Positions 63,883-64,000 of a DNA stretch of 64,000 bases are shown here, piece after piece (position 1 is the stretch's first letter; each line of letters opens with the position of its first letter). This DNA is from Spirulina sp. (GTDB lineage Bacteria > Cyanobacteriota > Cyanobacteriia > Phormidesmidales > Phormidesmidaceae). The notes under the pieces are model-generated. The model had not been told where the DNA came from. It made no database searches and saw only the letters and a program-made list of their open reading frames with translations. The position numbers and the translations under genes are program-made. Location of the stretch: assembly GCA_044070495.1 (NCBI GenBank), contig JBIPSI010000020.1:43122-107121 (forward strand), given 5' to 3'.

Positions 63883-64000
63883 TCGGCGGCATAGCTGTAC
63901 GTGTGTATTTTGAACTCAATTTGATAGGTGCGCTGCTCATGCTGCTTCCGAGAGGCCATGGCGGGTTCAGGGTCGCAGTTGTGGGTGAACCGGACATGGC

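Noticed and set aside
63879..64000. Possible 3' end of a minus-strand gene (…RTYQIEFKIHTYSYAAD*)
   Set aside because: Only about 40 codons visible at the window edge; cannot be identified

Overview
Chromosomal window from a filamentous cyanobacterium (Leptolyngbya/Nodosilinea-like by gene content; moderately GC-rich with AT-rich accessory patches). Left end (1-4.4 kb): an accessory patch of toxin-antitoxin genes and remnants, followed by an AT-rich three-gene cassette (ClpC N-domain fused to a Death-like/effector-associated domain, a Zn-ribbon protein, and a 45-aa membrane microprotein missing from the ORF track). Then mostly core genes: chlL-DUF5331x2-chlN, arsS, a wHTH-GAF-PAS-cyanobacteriochrome hybrid kinase, anti-sigma factor, cysteine lyase, Mesh1-like hydrolase, a PetR/PetP-like BlaI-M56 pair, zincin, tal, GHL10, a large CAAX-associated membrane protein, PHP, fbp, mnmG, menB. 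At 39.2-49.1 kb lies a kdp potassium-pump locus. Nearly every spacer in it carries a degenerate octamer array (GG(A/G)AGGTT / AACCTTCC), often inverted, and a four-helix-bundle (23S-IVP/Avd-like) gene sits antisense between kdpA and kdpB; this is the most striking unexplained structure. The window ends with birA, M23 peptidase, DHNA-CoA thioesterase, GT2, serine hydrolase, petH, hom, DUF1995, cphA, a VOC protein and TA remnants. Several dispersed palindromic repeats and one MITE are present. No rRNA, tRNA or CRISPR array was seen, and no HIP1 (GCGATCGC) was found by manual scan. All family calls come from motif recognition by eye, not database searches.
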